Shown in pieces: positions 59,321 to 62,650 of a DNA stretch of 62,650 nucleotides; within the stretch, counting starts at the first letter, position 1; each line of letters opens with the position of its first letter. The DNA is from Microvirga sp. (GTDB lineage: Bacteria; Pseudomonadota; Alphaproteobacteria; Rhizobiales; Beijerinckiaceae): assembly GCA_035944695.1 (NCBI GenBank), contig DASZBB010000160.1, positions 1 through 62,650 on the forward strand, given 5' to 3'. The translations under genes and the position numbers were made by a program. The notes under the pieces are model-generated. The model was given only the letters and a program-made list of their open reading frames with translations, was not told the origin of the DNA and made no database searches.

Positions 59321-62300
59321 ATGACTACTTTATTCGTTACAGGTGCACGCACTACCCAAGTTGAGCTCGATCCCACGGCCGATGACGTGCTTCACGTCAC
59401 GCAAAGCGGATCAATCACGACCGTCAACACGGCGGTCACAGGGTATCCTGGATCAGAGGTTGTCGTCGACGGCTCGATCCGCTCAGAGGATCTAGCTATT
59501 GCATTTTCGGGAGCCGGTTGCGCCATCACCGTCGGCAGCACTGGCACCGTCCGTGGTGGCACACATGGTATATCCCTGGGAGACAATGCCAATGTGGTGG
59601 TCAACAATGGACAGATTTCCGGTTCGTTGACGATCCCCTACACCTCCGCCATCACCCTCGGTGGTTCCGACAATCGTATTTTCAACAATGGAATTCTGTC
59701 GGGCTATTACGGCATCATCGGTACCGTCGACACAATCGAGGGCAGTCGCGACCACATCGCCAATATCGGCAGGATCGAGGCGACCGATACGGGCATTTTT
59801 CTTTTGGGAGTGTCGAGCCTCGCGCCCTCCGCCGTCGCATCTCCCGATACTCCCTACGGCGTGTTCAACAGCGGCACGATCGTAGCCGGTGTTGTGGGGG
59901 TCTGCGTCCAGTTCTCCGGCAATATAACCAATAGCGGCCTAATCCAGGCCGGCAGCTCCGGCGTTACCTTCGTCAGCGGCGATACCTTCCTGAACAATAC
60001 CGGCACGATTGCGGCGCAGACTGCGGTTTTCGGCTCCTCCGACCGGGACACCATCCTCAACCAGGGCACGATCCAGGGCGAAATCCGTCTCAATATCGGC
60101 AACGATTTCTACGATGGGCGCACAGGAACTGTGACCGATCTCGTGGATCTGGGCCATGGTGACGACACCGCCCACGGCGGCAGCGGCACCGAGACCCTCG
60201 CGGGCGGCAATGACAGCGATTCCCTCTTCGGCCATGGCGGCGACGACAGTCTCGTCGGCGGAGCCGGTCTCGACTATCTCGACGGTGGCATAGGTGCCGA
60301 CCACATGGTCGGCGGCACAGGCGACGACACCTATGTGGTGGACGATGTGGATGACGTCGTCACCGAAGCGACAAATGAGGGTGTCGATCTCGTCCGCGCC
60401 GCGATCTCCTCCATGCTTGGCGCGAATGTCGAGAATCTTGCGTTGATCGGCGATGCAAATATCGACGGCACGGGCAACGAACTGGCGAACAGGATCACCG
60501 GCAATGCCGGCCACAACGTGCTCGACGGCGGCGCGGGAGCCGACGATCTCGCCGGGGGGACCGGCGATGACACCTATGTGGTGGGCGATCAGAACGACAT
60601 CGTGACCGAAGCGGCCGGCGAAGGCACCGACACCGTGCGCGCTTCCGTCGCGCACAGGCTCGCGGCGAACGTGGAGAACCTCGTCCTCACCGGCGCAGGC
60701 GATATCGACGGCACCGGCAACGAATTGGCCAATGCCATCACGGGCAATGCCGGCAGCAACCGGCTCGACGGCGGCGCAGGAGCCGATGCTCTCGCGGGCG
60801 GCGACGGCAACGATATCTACATCGTCGATCACGAGAGCGACCTGGTGACGGAGCGGGCCGGCGAAGGCACCGATACGGTGCGCGCCTCCGTGTCCTACGC
60901 GCTCGGCGCGAACGTGGAACATCTCGTCCTCACCGGATCGGGCGATCTCAGGGGTATCGGCAACGATCTCGCGAACACGATCACCGGCAATGCGGGCCAC
61001 AACGTCCTCGACGGCGGCGCCGGCGCGGACGCTCTCGCCGGTGGGCTCGGCAACGACACCTACATCGTCGACGATGCAAACGACGTCGTCACCGAAGCCA
61101 TCGACGAGGGCACCGACACCGTACGCGCCTCGGTGTCCTACGCCCTTGCGGGCAACATCGAGAATCTCGTCCTGACGGGCACCGGCGACAGCGACGGCAC
61201 GGGCAACGGCCTCGGCAATACGGTCACCGGCAATGACGGCAGCAACCGGATCGTGGGCGCAGGCGGCAACGACCTGCTCGATGGCGGCGCCGGCCAGGAC
61301 ATGGCGGTGTTCTCCGGCCTGCTCGCCGACTACGCCATCGAGCGCAACCCGGACGGAACCCTCAAGGTCACGGACAAGACGGCTGCCCGCGACGGAATCG
61401 ACACGCTGAAGAACATCGAGTTCCTGCAGTTCCAGGACGGCACGATCACGCTGCCGACGCGAGCTCCCGGGGCGCCCGCAGTGCAGGGCGCCGTGAGCCC
61501 GATCAACGAGAACGCCGCGCCCTTCACCTATGTGGCGAGCGTGCAGTCGCCCGGCCTTGCCGCCGGGGACGTGACCTATTCGCTCACCGCGAATCCCGGT
61601 GGTAAATTCACCATCGATCCCACGACCGGCGTCATCTCCCTCGTCGGCGCCGTGAACTACGAGGCCGGCACCGCGGATCCCGATCTGCAGACGGAAGTCG
61701 TCGGGACGCTGGTGCGGAAGTTCTATCTCCTGCGCGTCAAGGCCACCGAAACCGTCACGGGCTGGTCCTCCACCGACGCCCCGGTGAAGGTCTATGTGAA
61801 CGACGTGAACGAGGCGGCGACGGGCTTCTCCTTCCTGGACGGGTCGACGAAGGCCGCGATCGGCGAGGCCGCCGCCGACGGGGCGGTCATCGGCGCCTTG
61901 CAGGCGTTCGACCCGGAAGGCGACGCGGGGTTGATCTACGCCTTCGACACCACCGGCGCCAACGGAACGAGCGGGGCCGGCAATGCGGGCGGCCGGTTCA
62001 AGATCGAGAACGGCCAACTCAAGGTGGCGGCGCTCACCGATATCACCAAGACCGAAACCTACACGATCACCCTGAAAGTCACGGACAGGAACGGCGGCCC
62101 GGGCGCGGTCTCGGCCTACAAGGATTTCCAGATCACGGTGAATCCCGGAGAAGGCAACACGCCGCCATCTGCGCCTCAGCACGACCCTGACGCCGTGACA
62201 CTGCTCAGCGAGAACGGCGCCCCCGTCGTCACCGTTGCGACTGTGCAGTCGACCGACGACAATTTCGGCGGCACGACGATCCAGTACGAGATCGTCCACA

Positions 62301-62650
62301 ATCCCGGCGACCTCTTCTCGATCGACCAAGACACCGGCGTGATCTCGTTCGAGGGCGGCGCGAATTACGAAGCGTCGAACATCGAGCTTCAGACGGAGAA
62401 TGCCGGCACGCCCAACGAGAAGAAATACTTCAACCTGGTGGTGCGCGCCCGCGAGAGCGGGGACAACGGTCAGGTCTCCGGCAACACGACCGTGAAGGTC
62501 TACCTCGAGGACGTCAACGAGGCCCAGACGGATGCGATCTATGCGGTCAATGCGGTATTGAAGGACGCGCAGGCTGGCACCATTGTGGCGAGCCTGCAGA
62601 GCGTGATCGATCCGGATACGCGGTCGACCTTCCGCAATTACTCCTATGCC
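59321..62650 (+). CDS. Large RTX calcium-binding / cadherin-domain protein, probable T1SS-secreted adhesin (3' truncated)
   Basis: Frame from ATG 59321 (MTTLFVTGARTTQVELDPTADDVLHVTQSGSI...), no stop seen up to the window end; GGxGxDxL nonapeptides, DTVRASVSYAL..NVENLVLTG blocks, DG.DTL.NIEFLQF.D motif and cadherin-like VNYEA...VKVYVNDVNEA domains. Missing from the ORF track because it lacks a stop. Confidence 0.9.
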   Translation, partial: MTTLFVTGARTTQVELDPTADDVLHVTQSGSITTVNTAVTGYPGSEVVVDGSIRSEDLAIAFSGAGCAITVGSTGTVRGGTHGISLGDNANVVVNNGQISGSLTIPYTSAITLGGSDNRIFNNGILSGYYGIIGTVDTIEGSRDHIANIGRIEATDTGIFLLGVSSLAPSAVASPDTPYGVFNSGTIVAGVVGVCVQFSGNITNSGLIQAGSSGVTFVSGDTFLNNTGTIAAQTAVFGSSDRDTILNQGTIQGEIRLNIGNDFYDGRTGTVTDLVDLGHGDDTAHGGSGTETLAGGNDSDSLFGHGGDDSLVGGAGLDYLDGGIGADHMVGGTGDDTYVVDDVDDVVTEATNEGVDLVRAAISSMLGANVENLALIGDANIDGTGNELANRITGNAGHNVLDGGAGADDLAGGTGDDTYVVGDQNDIVTEAAGEGTDTVRASVAHRLAANVENLVLTGAGDIDGTGNELANAITGNAGSNRLDGGAGADALAGGDGNDIYIVDHESDLVTERAGEGTDTVRASVSYALGANVEHLVLTGSGDLRGIGNDLANTITGNAGHNVLDGGAGADALAGGLGNDTYIVDDANDVVTEAIDEGTDTVRASVSYALAGNIENLVLTGTGDSDGTGNGLGNTVTGNDGSNRIVGAGGNDLLDGGAGQDMAVFSGLLADYAIERNPDGTLKVTDKTAARDGIDTLKNIEFLQFQDGTITLPTRAPGAPAVQGAVSPINENAAPFTYVASVQSPGLAAGDVTYSLTANPGGKFTIDPTTGVISLVGAVNYEAGTADPDLQTEVVGTLVRKFYLLRVKATETVTGWSSTDAPVKVYVNDVNEAATGFSFLDGSTKAAIGEAAADGAVIGALQAFDPEGDAGLIYAFDTTGANGTSGAGNAGGRFKIENGQLKVAALTDITKTETYTITLKVTDRNGGPGAVSAYKDFQITVNPGEGNTPPSAPQHDPDAVTLLSENGAPVVTVATVQSTDDNFGGTTIQYEIVHNPGDLFSIDQDTGVISFEGGANYEASNIELQTENAGTPNEKKYFNLVVRARESGDNGQVSGNTTVKVYLEDVNEAQTDAIYAVNAVLKDAQAGTIVASLQSVIDPDTRSTFRNYSYA
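60280..61250 (+). repeat. Four intragenic tandem repeats of 243 bp (81 aa)
   Basis: Equivalent anchors (D/N)D(T/I)Y(V/I)V at 60323, 60566, 60809 and 61052, exactly 243 bp apart. Confidence 0.9.

Noticed and set aside
60280-61250. Regularly spaced repeats as a CRISPR or other non-coding array
   Set aside because: Units are 243-bp in-frame coding repeats with synonymous variation and no unique spacers; no cas genes.
59939-62329. 796-aa minus-strand ORF
   Set aside because: Antisense shadow of the RTX/cadherin gene; the plus frame carries the recognisable motifs.

Overview
GC-rich alphaproteobacterial chromosome segment. Gene content and repeat families point to Hyphomicrobiales/Rhizobiales, most like Microvirga/Methylobacteriaceae (inference). 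It is mostly conserved core genome: htpX-rsmB-heparinase-purH, bluB and large NAD-glutamate dehydrogenase, yccA/ybbAP/tesA/tas/thpR, ialB-like/rlmN, lemA-TPM-TPM, tRNA-Gly(GCC), proX-cnoX-LON-Trm112, CoA-ester lyase and beta-carbonic anhydrase. It also holds a complete very-long-chain fatty acid (VLCFA) lipid A cluster with an extra FabG-like gene, next to a CtpA-like phosphatase and an MsbA-like exporter. The window ends inside a large RTX/cadherin protein gene that the ORF track misses. I see no integrase, transposase, prophage, CRISPR or defence system. The most interesting signals are non-coding: (i) a Zur-type palindrome over the promoter of the RTX/cadherin gene; (ii) an unannotated sRNA candidate with an anti-Shine-Dalgarno loop and an operator-like palindrome in its promoter; (iii) a second structured sRNA candidate with tandem terminators; (iv) readable ECF41, EcfG, RpoH, CtrA and PhaR-type sites; (v) two families of interspersed palindromic repeats, one of which supplies gene ends. 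All calls come from reading the sequence by eye; no searches were run.
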